Sequence record: phage_1
DNA length: 64,000 nt
Direction: 5' to 3' (one strand)
Made by a program: the position numbers and the translations under genes. The notes under the pieces were generated by a model, which was not told the DNA's origin, made no database searches, and saw only the letters and a list, made by a program, of their open reading frames with translations. Shown here piece by piece: positions 8,131-16,805 of the stretch (positions are counted from its first letter, which is position 1; each line of letters starts with the position of its first letter).

Positions 8131-8690
8131 GCCAAAAAGAACGCGAGATGTTAACTGTACAACTGTTACACACTGCGCTCGAAGATATCTTTTACTCCGT
8201 TCCGGAAATGCCTAATGCACGTATGGAACCTTTGCTGGAACCTTATACTGACGCTTTTAATCTCACGATGATGTTGGTGGCTGACCAGATCATACTTCCA
8301 CCGAAAACAGTTCCTGTGGAACGTACACACGTTTCCAGTGGCGGTTTGGGTACTCCGGTTAATAAGACGAAAGAGACCGTAGCGATTTTACGTTCTACCG
8401 AATATCTTATCGGATTAGCATTCGAAGACTGTTACAACAGTTTCCTGGACAGTATCCATGCGCTTGTGGAGAATGCTGTGAAAGCCGCCAAACACCCGTT
8501 TAATCGTTATGCGACGATTAAACTGGAACCACACATAACCCGTCGTGGGCAGGTGCAATCTCTGGAGTTACAAAATGGAGAAGACATCAGATTCATCCAC
8601 TACCGCCAATGCTTCCCAAACAAACGATATCGTCCGTCTGGTACTGATCGATCACATTGCCTCGACGGCATACGTCAGGATATTGAATGA
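8127..8690 (+). CDS. Hypothetical protein
   Basis: ATGA overlap with the previous stop. Confidence 0.75.
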   Translation: MSQKEREMLTVQLLHTALEDIFYSVPEMPNARMEPLLEPYTDAFNLTMMLVADQIILPPKTVPVERTHVSSGGLGTPVNKTKETVAILRSTEYLIGLAFEDCYNSFLDSIHALVENAVKAAKHPFNRYATIKLEPHITRRGQVQSLELQNGEDIRFIHYRQCFPNKRYRPSGTDRSHCLDGIRQDIE

Positions 8691-8703
8691 CCCCAGCGAC
8701 ATC

Positions 8704-9012
8704 ATGTTCAGCATGTATGATGTTAACACGGGGTTGAAGCATATCATTCTCTGTATGCTCGAATACATGATTCCGACATTTACAGAACACGGTGCGTGGG
8801 ACACAGAAACAGTCTCACTGATTGTTAGGTGTTATCGTCCCAGAAGTCATTCGCGGGAAATCCACACCATCGCGTCACACGTTCATCGTGCTATCTGTGA
8901 GGAAATGGGCATTCCTCCGAAAGGGTATCGGTATCATTATAATCAAGCAGACAGAATTCTCCGTTTCATTCCACGTAAGGTAACAGATGTCTATGATGAC
9001 GGTTTATACTGA
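8704..9012 (+). CDS. Hypothetical protein (start uncertain)
   Basis: Fills the gap in the operon. Confidence 0.6.
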   Translation: MFSMYDVNTGLKHIILCMLEYMIPTFTEHGAWDTETVSLIVRCYRPRSHSREIHTIASHVHRAICEEMGIPPKGYRYHYNQADRILRFIPRKVTDVYDDGLY

Positions 9013-9394
9013 GTTCGTGCGATTGACTTGCCGACTCACCGCACTCGTCAAAGAGAATCTCGGCATCGATTACCAGGATGCTGCGGTAGAGCTTGACGAC
9101 TATATCGAGCAAATTGTTCGGTTGCATGTTCTGCGGAAAAAATATGGCGTTATCGATAGCATGATACGCCAGTTCTTTATGGAGTATGTTCACGATAACC
9201 CAATCATTACTCCAACCACGTCGGCAAAATACTGGGCTCTTTGTCGATTTGAGTTGTTGATACGGGACACCGATTGCATCTGGCAAGCAATCGACGAGGA
9301 CATGACTTATTTACCACAATCCGACTTCCTCCTTTGGCATGTAGGAGATGGTGTCTGGAAAATGTTAACTACAGGGGTTACTTACAATGATTGA
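8987..9394 (+). CDS. Hypothetical protein
   Basis: Overlapping ORF in the operon. Confidence 0.7.
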   Translation: MSMMTVYTEFVRLTCRLTALVKENLGIDYQDAAVELDDYIEQIVRLHVLRKKYGVIDSMIRQFFMEYVHDNPIITPTTSAKYWALCRFELLIRDTDCIWQAIDEDMTYLPQSDFLLWHVGDGVWKMLTTGVTYND

Positions 9395-9896
9395 GCGATC
9401 TCATTTTTATATCCCCGGCTATCAGTTATTGGCTGGGCCGTTAACGGAGTTTTCGCCAAACGATGTGCTCCGCGAAGTGAATGACGATTTGAACTCGATA
9501 ATCAATACCGCCATGAGCTTCGTGGAACGTGGAACCATTGGTAGTGAGTTAAAGTTTATGATGAACAATACCTTTGGGTTTGTTTCTCGTACACTGAATG
9601 CGCACGGCGTTGTGTTGGAAAATGTGCAAGTAATCACTTACGGCACCGCAATTCAAAACATCGGTCGTGCGTATATGACCGCCGTATCGCAGTCTCCTTA
9701 TTGGTTTACTCACTACGGTCGTTGGGTCGGTGCACAATACACAACGCGCAATCCGGCGGATGTCGAATTCTTATTAGACTATAACGGTGGTGATAAATTC
9801 CCACAGTTTGCCAGCCAAGAAGCGTACGAGCGAATCACCCCACAACTTCTGCCTGTTATCGATTTGCTTATCGGTAATCTCGGAGGTCGTGTATGA
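9387..9896 (+). CDS. Hypothetical protein
   Basis: Overlapping ORF; GGGG SD-like sequence. Confidence 0.75.
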   Translation: MIERSHFYIPGYQLLAGPLTEFSPNDVLREVNDDLNSIINTAMSFVERGTIGSELKFMMNNTFGFVSRTLNAHGVVLENVQVITYGTAIQNIGRAYMTAVSQSPYWFTHYGRWVGAQYTTRNPADVEFLLDYNGGDKFPQFASQEAYERITPQLLPVIDLLIGNLGGRV

Positions 9897-10381
9897 GTGT
9901 TCTGTTTGATGTGGCGGATATTGCGAACCAATATAGCGCGACTCGGTTTTACGAGCATGTTCGTGAAGCGGCATTGCGTGTACTGGAAGCCAGTAACCTG
10001 GAGATTGATGAAACACAGATACGTGATTTTTATCAACGTTTTGCGTTTGCGTATATCATCGGTGTGAAAACTCGTGACCCTTCGACGATGGTTGATTTGT
10101 TACAGGAAGACACGCTTGAACCTCTGGGCAATTGGGAGTTGGTGTCCGATGGTCTGTCCGTTGACCAGTTCGCTAAGGAAACGTCTGTCGATACGACGTT
10201 TCTGGCAGCACAAGGTTCGCCCGAACAACATCAAGCCGCCTTCGGCGCTGCGGTAAGTTTGCTGGCCGAAGAGTTAACAAACTTAACTGGTTTTGCTGGA
10301 CTGATAGAGTCGCTGTATCCGGGGCGATATCAAACGTATGTAGGTGATAGTTTTAACGATGTGGTGTTAATCTGCGAATGA
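9893..10381 (+). CDS. Hypothetical protein
   Basis: GGAGG SD, ATGA overlap. Confidence 0.8.
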   Translation: MSVLFDVADIANQYSATRFYEHVREAALRVLEASNLEIDETQIRDFYQRFAFAYIIGVKTRDPSTMVDLLQEDTLEPLGNWELVSDGLSVDQFAKETSVDTTFLAAQGSPEQHQAAFGAAVSLLAEELTNLTGFAGLIESLYPGRYQTYVGDSFNDVVLICE

Positions 10382-10809
10382 AACTGTACATGACCATAGG
10401 CGAAGTCTTCAAATATGAGTCGTTGTTGGCACGGGCCGAGATTGCTGATACTAGCGAGATCGAGCCCGCTGTCGCTTATTTGTTTCTGGCCAGTTACGCC
10501 GAATTAACGGTACGTTCTATTGTTAATGGGCTAGGTAAGGGTAAGAACTTTCTTACTTTTATTCCCCCGGACCCTGCGTTGATACTGGAACAGTTGCGCG
10601 GGCTGTGGGGTACTGAAAAGGTGCTGCCTCTAAACTGCTACAGCATGAGCAGTGGGATTAAGGATGATGTTCGGTTCTATGAAATCCTTTCCGTGATAGA
10701 ACGTGTGTGGGGCATGGCTGGCTTGACTCCAGAAGACGGAGCAAAAAAGACAAAGGTTTCACTCCTTATGAATGAAATTGGCAACGCACTCATCTGTGTT
10801 GAATGTTAA
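10378..10809 (+). CDS. Hypothetical protein
   Basis: ATGA overlap. Confidence 0.75.
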   Translation: MKLYMTIGEVFKYESLLARAEIADTSEIEPAVAYLFLASYAELTVRSIVNGLGKGKNFLTFIPPDPALILEQLRGLWGTEKVLPLNCYSMSSGIKDDVRFYEILSVIERVWGMAGLTPEDGAKKTKVSLLMNEIGNALICVEC

Positions 10810-10818
10810 GGAGTACGA

Positions 10819-11418
10819 ATGATCTACAAGGTGATCGCCAACCACTTGATTAATGTGGACTTGGGGGTCGTGGGGTATCTTCCGGACGGTATGCGGTTTT
10901 TGGATTTGGTGGTTGACACCGTGGTCCGCCTACCGCGTATCACCGTGGAGATACCCGTAAAAGAATTGGACCAGGACGAGATACACGAACTTATACGTGA
11001 AACGCTGACTAGCTATACGTACGAGTTTCGCTGCATGTTGCCTCGCACCGACCTTACGTTCTTGCACGACTTCTTTACGTTACTGACTGACGAGTACCGT
11101 CGGTGGAAGTTTAATGTTGCAATGGAAGCCAGCACTGAGTCACATTTTAACGGGCTGACACCATTGTTAGATTTAGCGTTGGTGTACAAAGAGCAAGACA
11201 GTTCACACTGGGCTACGCTCAAGCACTACACGTTGGATCTAATGGCGACCGCCGTAACGGAGGCAGTTATGGCGCATTATGTTGAGCCGGTGAAGATGTT
11301 CTTAGAGGCGCATAATGGCGCTATCCGTACGTTGGTTCTCAAGGTGGACTTCCCGAAAACACCAGTGACCAATGCTTTGGATATGAGGCTGCTTATTGAT
11401 GTTCCTGAGGAGGAATAA
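10819..11418 (+). CDS. Hypothetical protein
   Basis: AAGGAG SD. Confidence 0.8.
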   Translation: MIYKVIANHLINVDLGVVGYLPDGMRFLDLVVDTVVRLPRITVEIPVKELDQDEIHELIRETLTSYTYEFRCMLPRTDLTFLHDFFTLLTDEYRRWKFNVAMEASTESHFNGLTPLLDLALVYKEQDSSHWATLKHYTLDLMATAVTEAVMAHYVEPVKMFLEAHNGAIRTLVLKVDFPKTPVTNALDMRLLIDVPEEE

Positions 11419-11828
11419 TGTTCGATTTACGCACACTGGTCGCTGGGCAAAAAGTTAACATTGTTTACGACACCCCTTTGAAAGGGCAAGAGACGCGTGT
11501 AATTATTCTGGCAACCGGCGTTGGCTACGAGATGGCCAAAAGTTATATGGATGTGATGGCGGAGCAGAAGAATATCTACTCGTCCATCGTTTCCCAGCCA
11601 GAAGATAATGTGAACAAATACACGTATCTGATTTTCAAAGGTGTTGACGGCAAACCAAAAGTCGCTGCCGATGCCTGGATTCGTGATGTTCAGATTATCG
11701 AAAACACGAAGGTGCGCTTCACCGTCACCCTGGATAACAAACAGGAGATTGACGACCTTAAACGCGCCCTGGCTGCCAATGGTTTCAATGACGTCGATTT
11801 TGAAATCGTTGAGAGTATTGCCGGTTAA
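11418..11828 (+). CDS. Conserved hypothetical protein upstream of the DNA polymerase
   Basis: GAGG SD, TAATG overlap, terminator follows. Confidence 0.85.
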   Translation: MFDLRTLVAGQKVNIVYDTPLKGQETRVIILATGVGYEMAKSYMDVMAEQKNIYSSIVSQPEDNVNKYTYLIFKGVDGKPKVAADAWIRDVQIIENTKVRFTVTLDNKQEIDDLKRALAANGFNDVDFEIVESIAG

Positions 11829-11831
11829 AGT

Positions 11832-11871
11832 AAGCCCACACTTCGGAGTGGGTTATTTTTTTTTCTTTTTT
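11832..11871 (+). terminator. Intrinsic terminator
   Basis: AGCCCAC..TTCG..GTGGGTT plus a long T-run. Confidence 0.8.
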
Positions 11872-11919
11872 CACGTATCCCGCAAGTCTTATAGCTGAGT
11901 AAAAACCAAGGGGCCAGAC

Positions 11920-14211
11920 ATGGACTACAATTCACCATTTCGTCTTAGTCAAGACGAGTATCATCGCGACATTGACGTTATCGATGCGTACTACGAACAA
12001 CTGGCGCTCTACATTCATACCGTCACCAACGGGAAATATTCTTTGGAGTTCTGTCGACAGCAGGTCGAAGAAATGTTCCAACCTGGTGGTGAGTTAGTAC
12101 ACGAATTCCCCGTGTGTAAGATGTGGGTGCGCAATCAAAAGACCGGCGATCGCGAAGAAAAATACACCACGGTAGATAAACTGTTCCGTACAGTGATTGA
12201 TAAGCAGATTATCTCTGCACCGTCGCTGACCTTTTATCTGCCTGAGCACGTCAAGCGCTCTAAGCTTGCTGAATTTACCGCAGAGAACGTGCGTAAGCGT
12301 GCGGTTGTTAAGAAAGAGATGTACGCAGCAGGTGCTGCGGGTAATGAAGTTCTGCGTATTAACAAAAAGAACGAACAGAACGCTGTTAAGACGTTGAACA
12401 ACGGGATGTCGGGTGCATTCTCATCACCGTACACGGTAATCTTTAACCAGTCTTCGCACTCTGTATTGACGTCAACCTGCCGTACGGCTACATCGTTCGG
12501 TAACGCGGGCAACGAACGTCTACTGGGCGGTAATCGTCACTACGACACGCCGTCCCGTGTTATCGACCACTTACTGTCTATTGGTACACTGACTAACTTT
12601 GCGGAGTTCAAGAAGTGTATGGAACTCTATAACCTCCACTACCCAACAGTGGACGAGGTTATGGAAGTGGTTATGTACTCTGCAGAGTTTTACTTCCGTA
12701 ACGACGAAGGGCTGGAGTTCATTCGTCACTACGTCGGTAATTGTAGCCCGCTGGTACGTGCAGCGTTTGTCTACATGGGTGACTTCTACCACCTGGCGAA
12801 ATACAACGATGAATTCATGCGCGGATTTATCGGTGCGCTGATTGCCGAGGAGATGGAAGACGAGATCACCGATTGGGATGCTGCTGAGCGCTCTATCGAC
12901 GGTGACATGCAGATCATTATCTCGCAGTTCCGTACTGATATCGTGCCGTTAGGTAAGTCGTTCTCTGACGTTAAACTCAAAGACGAAAACACGAACAAAG
13001 CGGAACCGTGGGATAAGCAGGAAAAATACAAAGAGCTGATTCGCTCAGCTGTGTATCTGCAGAAAACCATCGGTAAGTACGCGTGCTTGATTCGTAATAT
13101 CCTGACTACCAAAAACCTGCCGATTAACATTGCCAGGATGCCTGACGTGGTTCGTCGTGTCGGTGTGGTATCTGATACCGACTCCACGATGATGACTGCA
13201 CAGTGGTGGGCACAGTGGTATACCGGTCAACATTACGGTCGTGAAGCTACGCGCGTATCGGATGCGATGATTTATATTGCAACCCAGCACTTACGTCATC
13301 TGATGGCGAGCATGTCGGCGAACATTGGCGTGGCGAAAGAGCGTCTGTTTTTGTACGCAATGAAGAACGAATTTAAGTTCGACTCCTTTGCGTTAACCAC
13401 AAAAGCAAAACACTACTTCTCCATCATCACTGGCCAGGAAGGACAATTGAAGTCCGACCCTGAGTTAGAAGTTAAAGGTGTGTCTTTACGTACGTCGAAC
13501 ATACCGCCTGTGGTCATGAAAGAGTTCAAACGCACGATTAAAGAACTCTGTGAGATTGTAGCGCGCGGCGATAAGATTAAGATTCTGCCTCTGCTGGAAA
13601 AGGTTGCTGCAATTGAGCACGTTGTGGTGGACTCTATTCGTGCTGGTAAAGCAGGCTACCTGAAAACAACCAACGTCAAAGACCGTAGTGCGTACTCTGA
13701 AGATGATGAAAAGAGCTACCACTACCACCGCATGTACAACGCCATCTTTGGACCGAAGTACGGCTACCTGGACGAACCGCCTTATGACGCCGTGAAACTT
13801 CCGGTAAACCTGGAGAACAAAACAGCCGTTAAAGAGTGGCTGGAAAACATTAAAGACCCGATGATTAAGACCACTGCAACACGGTGGTTCGAAGAGAACA
13901 ACTATCGCACCTATCGTACTCTGATACTGCCAGAGTTCTTGGTGGAAAACTTCGGTATTCCTCCGGAGCTGATTGATGCTGCAGACACACGTCGAAGCGC
14001 ATTCTCCACAGTAGAACCTTACTATCACATCCTGGAATGTCTGGGTGTGTTCATGATGGACAAGAATAGAACTCGTCTGCTTTCGGATTACTACGGCGAG
14101 TCCGTAGACTCCGTCAAGGAAGAATTAGGTAGCGGCGAGTACGTTAAGAAATCTGAACGTGATGGAGAGGAAGAAGATGGGGAAGAAGATGGGGAAGAAG
14201 CGGAGGAGTAA
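11920..14211 (+). CDS. Family B DNA polymerase, palm/thumb subunit (phiKZ gp50-like half of the split polymerase)
   Basis: Motif B-like KTLNNGMSG, motif C VSDTDS, KAKHYF and KGVSLR; acidic C-terminal tail. Confidence 0.85.
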   Translation: MDYNSPFRLSQDEYHRDIDVIDAYYEQLALYIHTVTNGKYSLEFCRQQVEEMFQPGGELVHEFPVCKMWVRNQKTGDREEKYTTVDKLFRTVIDKQIISAPSLTFYLPEHVKRSKLAEFTAENVRKRAVVKKEMYAAGAAGNEVLRINKKNEQNAVKTLNNGMSGAFSSPYTVIFNQSSHSVLTSTCRTATSFGNAGNERLLGGNRHYDTPSRVIDHLLSIGTLTNFAEFKKCMELYNLHYPTVDEVMEVVMYSAEFYFRNDEGLEFIRHYVGNCSPLVRAAFVYMGDFYHLAKYNDEFMRGFIGALIAEEMEDEITDWDAAERSIDGDMQIIISQFRTDIVPLGKSFSDVKLKDENTNKAEPWDKQEKYKELIRSAVYLQKTIGKYACLIRNILTTKNLPINIARMPDVVRRVGVVSDTDSTMMTAQWWAQWYTGQHYGREATRVSDAMIYIATQHLRHLMASMSANIGVAKERLFLYAMKNEFKFDSFALTTKAKHYFSIITGQEGQLKSDPELEVKGVSLRTSNIPPVVMKEFKRTIKELCEIVARGDKIKILPLLEKVAAIEHVVVDSIRAGKAGYLKTTNVKDRSAYSEDDEKSYHYHRMYNAIFGPKYGYLDEPPYDAVKLPVNLENKTAVKEWLENIKDPMIKTTATRWFEENNYRTYRTLILPEFLVENFGIPPELIDAADTRRSAFSTVEPYYHILECLGVFMMDKNRTRLLSDYYGESVDSVKEELGSGEYVKKSERDGEEEDGEEDGEEAEE

Positions 14212-14315
14212 GAATAAGTCACGATCGTGTGTACCACAAACAATAACCGTTACGGGGGTGGACCCAGCACCGGTACCGACGGCGTTACTCAATCTTTGGT
14301 TATCTTATCTAAAGG

Positions 14316-14597
14316 ATGAACATTATGTCGAAACGAAACAGTAAAGCAAATAACTGGGGCTGGCGACAGCTCTATTTGCACAGCCAGCCTAACCTGGTAC
14401 GGCAGCATGTGTTGTCTTTGCCAACGCAGTTTCAAACACTGGCATCGTGTGAAGGTTCAGTGTCGCCACGCGACGATCGTTGGAAAACCATGAAACCGGT
14501 TGTGTCTATTGACAAGCAATTTGACAATCCTCTCGACGGTTGGTTTGCAGCAATAGGCGGTTTAAACGTGCTGGTGGAAGGGTATGTATCGAAATAG
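14316..14597 (+). CDS. Hypothetical protein
   Basis: AAGGA SD; the start may be 14325. Confidence 0.65.
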   Translation: MNIMSKRNSKANNWGWRQLYLHSQPNLVRQHVLSLPTQFQTLASCEGSVSPRDDRWKTMKPVVSIDKQFDNPLDGWFAAIGGLNVLVEGYVSK

Positions 14598-14781
14598 CGG
14601 GAAGTCCACAGAGATGATAACCGCAATCCGTCGCGACCTCGAAGAACGGGGTTGCGTGGATATTGAGTTACATCAGGCAGGCGAAACGGTGCATATCACG
14701 GCATTGGATGCCAAACGGAAACGTAGTATCACTGTGTGGGGTAAACCGTACGCAAGTGATTTCATGGAGACGATAAAATGA
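14584..14781 (+). CDS. Hypothetical protein
   Basis: Overlaps both neighbours. Confidence 0.6.
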   Translation: MYRNSGKSTEMITAIRRDLEERGCVDIELHQAGETVHITALDAKRKRSITVWGKPYASDFMETIK

Positions 14782-15449
14782 GTGATGAACAAGATTTGAA
14801 GTTACCAATGTCAATACCCGAATTGACTTATCTCACCGTCAACCGAGACGATCTCATTAATCAAGTAAGCAAACGCGTAGAGAAAGCCTTTGCTCAGAGT
14901 GGTTATAGTGAAGCGATTCGTAATTTCCGTACACCACTGGCACAATCAGTTACACAACCGCATGGTAAAGGCACTCAGTTATTAGTCGCTGTTCACCCGA
15001 CCTCACCTCTGGCAAAACAGCTGCTTACTGAAATGAACTGGCACTATAAGTGTGTTGAAGAAGTTCAGTCAGCTAATATCGAATGGGCTATGTCGCACAA
15101 GTCTCGCGAAGTGGCGTTAGTCGAATACCTGCGAAAACTACCTTGGGTTGGTGATTCTGCTGTTCTCCGCGATGGCGTAGGTGGGCCGGAAGTCTGGTCA
15201 CCTAATGCGGTGATTGATGTCGATTTCGTGGTTATCGATCCGGGTAGCAATACGCATGTCGTTCGTTTTACGGATGCGAATGTCGCTTCTGTGTGTAAAC
15301 AGTTGGGTATTGCCTACTATCAATGCGGGAAGAAAAAGAAGTCGTCGAGTGTTGAAATTGAGGTGGCGTTTACTGCGGTACAAACCCTAGATCCCGCTGC
15401 GGTTGAACATGCTTTAAACTTCCTCAAGAACCACCCAGACAGCAAATAA
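14778..15449 (+). CDS. Hypothetical protein (223 aa)
   Basis: GGAG SD, ATGA overlap. Confidence 0.8.
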   Translation: MSDEQDLKLPMSIPELTYLTVNRDDLINQVSKRVEKAFAQSGYSEAIRNFRTPLAQSVTQPHGKGTQLLVAVHPTSPLAKQLLTEMNWHYKCVEEVQSANIEWAMSHKSREVALVEYLRKLPWVGDSAVLRDGVGGPEVWSPNAVIDVDFVVIDPGSNTHVVRFTDANVASVCKQLGIAYYQCGKKKKSSSVEIEVAFTAVQTLDPAAVEHALNFLKNHPDSK

Positions 15450-15482
15450 AAAAAGAACTACACACCGAAGTGTGTAGTTTTT
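15447..15482. terminator. Bidirectional terminator
   Basis: AACTACACAC-CGAA-GTGTGTAGTT with A/T flanks. Confidence 0.8.
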
Positions 15483-15531
15483 GTATATAGTATGAATACT
15501 CGAAAGAGTGTTCGCGAGGAGAGAGTAAGTC

Positions 15532-16599
15532 TTATTTTTCTTCTAGCTCTGTCGTCAACGGGATAATCAAATCCCGTTGGATAAAGTTATAGAAGGATTT
15601 AGTCAGACGTGTGAGGACTTTAGAGTCCACATAACGCGCCAAATCAACCAACATCGTACGTTTATGCTTTTCCATATTCCCCTGGTTGTATTGAAGACAA
15701 AACAGTGCCCAGTACCAGTTCACCATGTTCTGGTGCCAGGTGTTCTGCAGTGTTTGACCTGGTTCTCGAAAGACAATCAGTTCCAGTGCTGTGTGGCCTT
15801 CTTCATCAGGGTGTTGGAAGAACAATGGGATGTTGTTTAAGACTTGTCCCGGTAACGGGTTGGCAGCCAGTAGTTTACTACGGATGCCTTTTGCGTGCTT
15901 CACAGCTAAAGCTTGAAGCGGCGGAACAGGAATGACACGTAATGTTTCATCCGGTTCAATCTCTTTCCCGAAGGCTATCGCACGATGTATATTTACAAAG
16001 GCGATATCCATGTAGCTCGGCAACATGCGAGAGATCACATGTCGTTGGAGATACACAGGTGTGGCAATAGGTTCGGTACCGCGACTGTAGTGCTGCTGAC
16101 CTTTGACATATTGCCAAAGCAAAGCAACCAGGTTGATTTCGATCACCGTAACACCTCGGGGCCGTCCGTCACCGAACTTCCAATTGAGGTTGGTATACTC
16201 ATGGTAGAGGTAACGTGCGGGGGTGTAGTCGCGGAACGAAAGGTCTGGATTTACTGGGCGGGCTACGAGAGAGATTACCTCATCTTGGCCCTGGATAAAC
16301 TTGCTATTAAAGATTTGACCGTACTCACCAACAGACGTCAAGCGTAAGGCGTTACCGATCTGAACAAGTTTGCGACGGCAAGCCCATTCGATGTCTTCGT
16401 ACTCTGGTTCACCGGCATAGCCGATGGCAGACAACACCTCTTGCAACAAATGGCCATTACCAGCACTGCGATTAAGCTGTTCGTAGTAGTTGCGTATACG
16501 CTGGCTGTTGTTTTTTACGTGAGCCGCTAATGTTATAGCGGAGGGGTCCGTGCTGTGACCCTTTATGGCCACTTGGTTTAACTCGGCTTGGCTGAACAT
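15532..16599 (-). CDS. Conserved protein divergent from chimallin, probably virion structural
   Basis: AAGGAG SD before MFSQAEL; syntenic with the phiKZ gp52 region (inference). Confidence 0.7.
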   Translation of the reverse strand: MFSQAELNQVAIKGHSTDPSAITLAAHVKNNSQRIRNYYEQLNRSAGNGHLLQEVLSAIGYAGEPEYEDIEWACRRKLVQIGNALRLTSVGEYGQIFNSKFIQGQDEVISLVARPVNPDLSFRDYTPARYLYHEYTNLNWKFGDGRPRGVTVIEINLVALLWQYVKGQQHYSRGTEPIATPVYLQRHVISRMLPSYMDIAFVNIHRAIAFGKEIEPDETLRVIPVPPLQALAVKHAKGIRSKLLAANPLPGQVLNNIPLFFQHPDEEGHTALELIVFREPGQTLQNTWHQNMVNWYWALFCLQYNQGNMEKHKRTMLVDLARYVDSKVLTRLTKSFYNFIQRDLIIPLTTELEEK

Positions 16600-16651
16600 G
16601 GCAGACTCCTTAGATTCCACATAGGAAGTCAGTCACAGTCAAAAATATCTC

Positions 16652-16760
16652 AGATTGATATTATCTATGTGACAGTTCCTGAGAAATGTCTGGACTATGT
16701 GCCTTGTAAGTAAGCGACGGCGTACTTGCATTCCATGAAATTACAGGCAGATATTATCTC
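16652..16760 (+). promoter_or_regulatory. Two class A promoter motifs upstream of chimallin
   Basis: AGATTGATATTATCTA at 16652-16667 and AGATATTATCTC at 16749-16760. Confidence 0.7.
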
Positions 16761-16805
16761 TGCGAACCGAACTATGATTGCAATCACTATTAAGGAATAT
16801 TTAAA

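Noticed and set aside
14165-14200. GAAGAAGATGGG tandem repeat
   Set aside because: It simply encodes the acidic EEDG tail of the polymerase.
14212-14315. Small hairpins in the spacer after the DNA polymerase
   Set aside because: Stems are short (3-5 bp) and not distinguishable from chance by eye.
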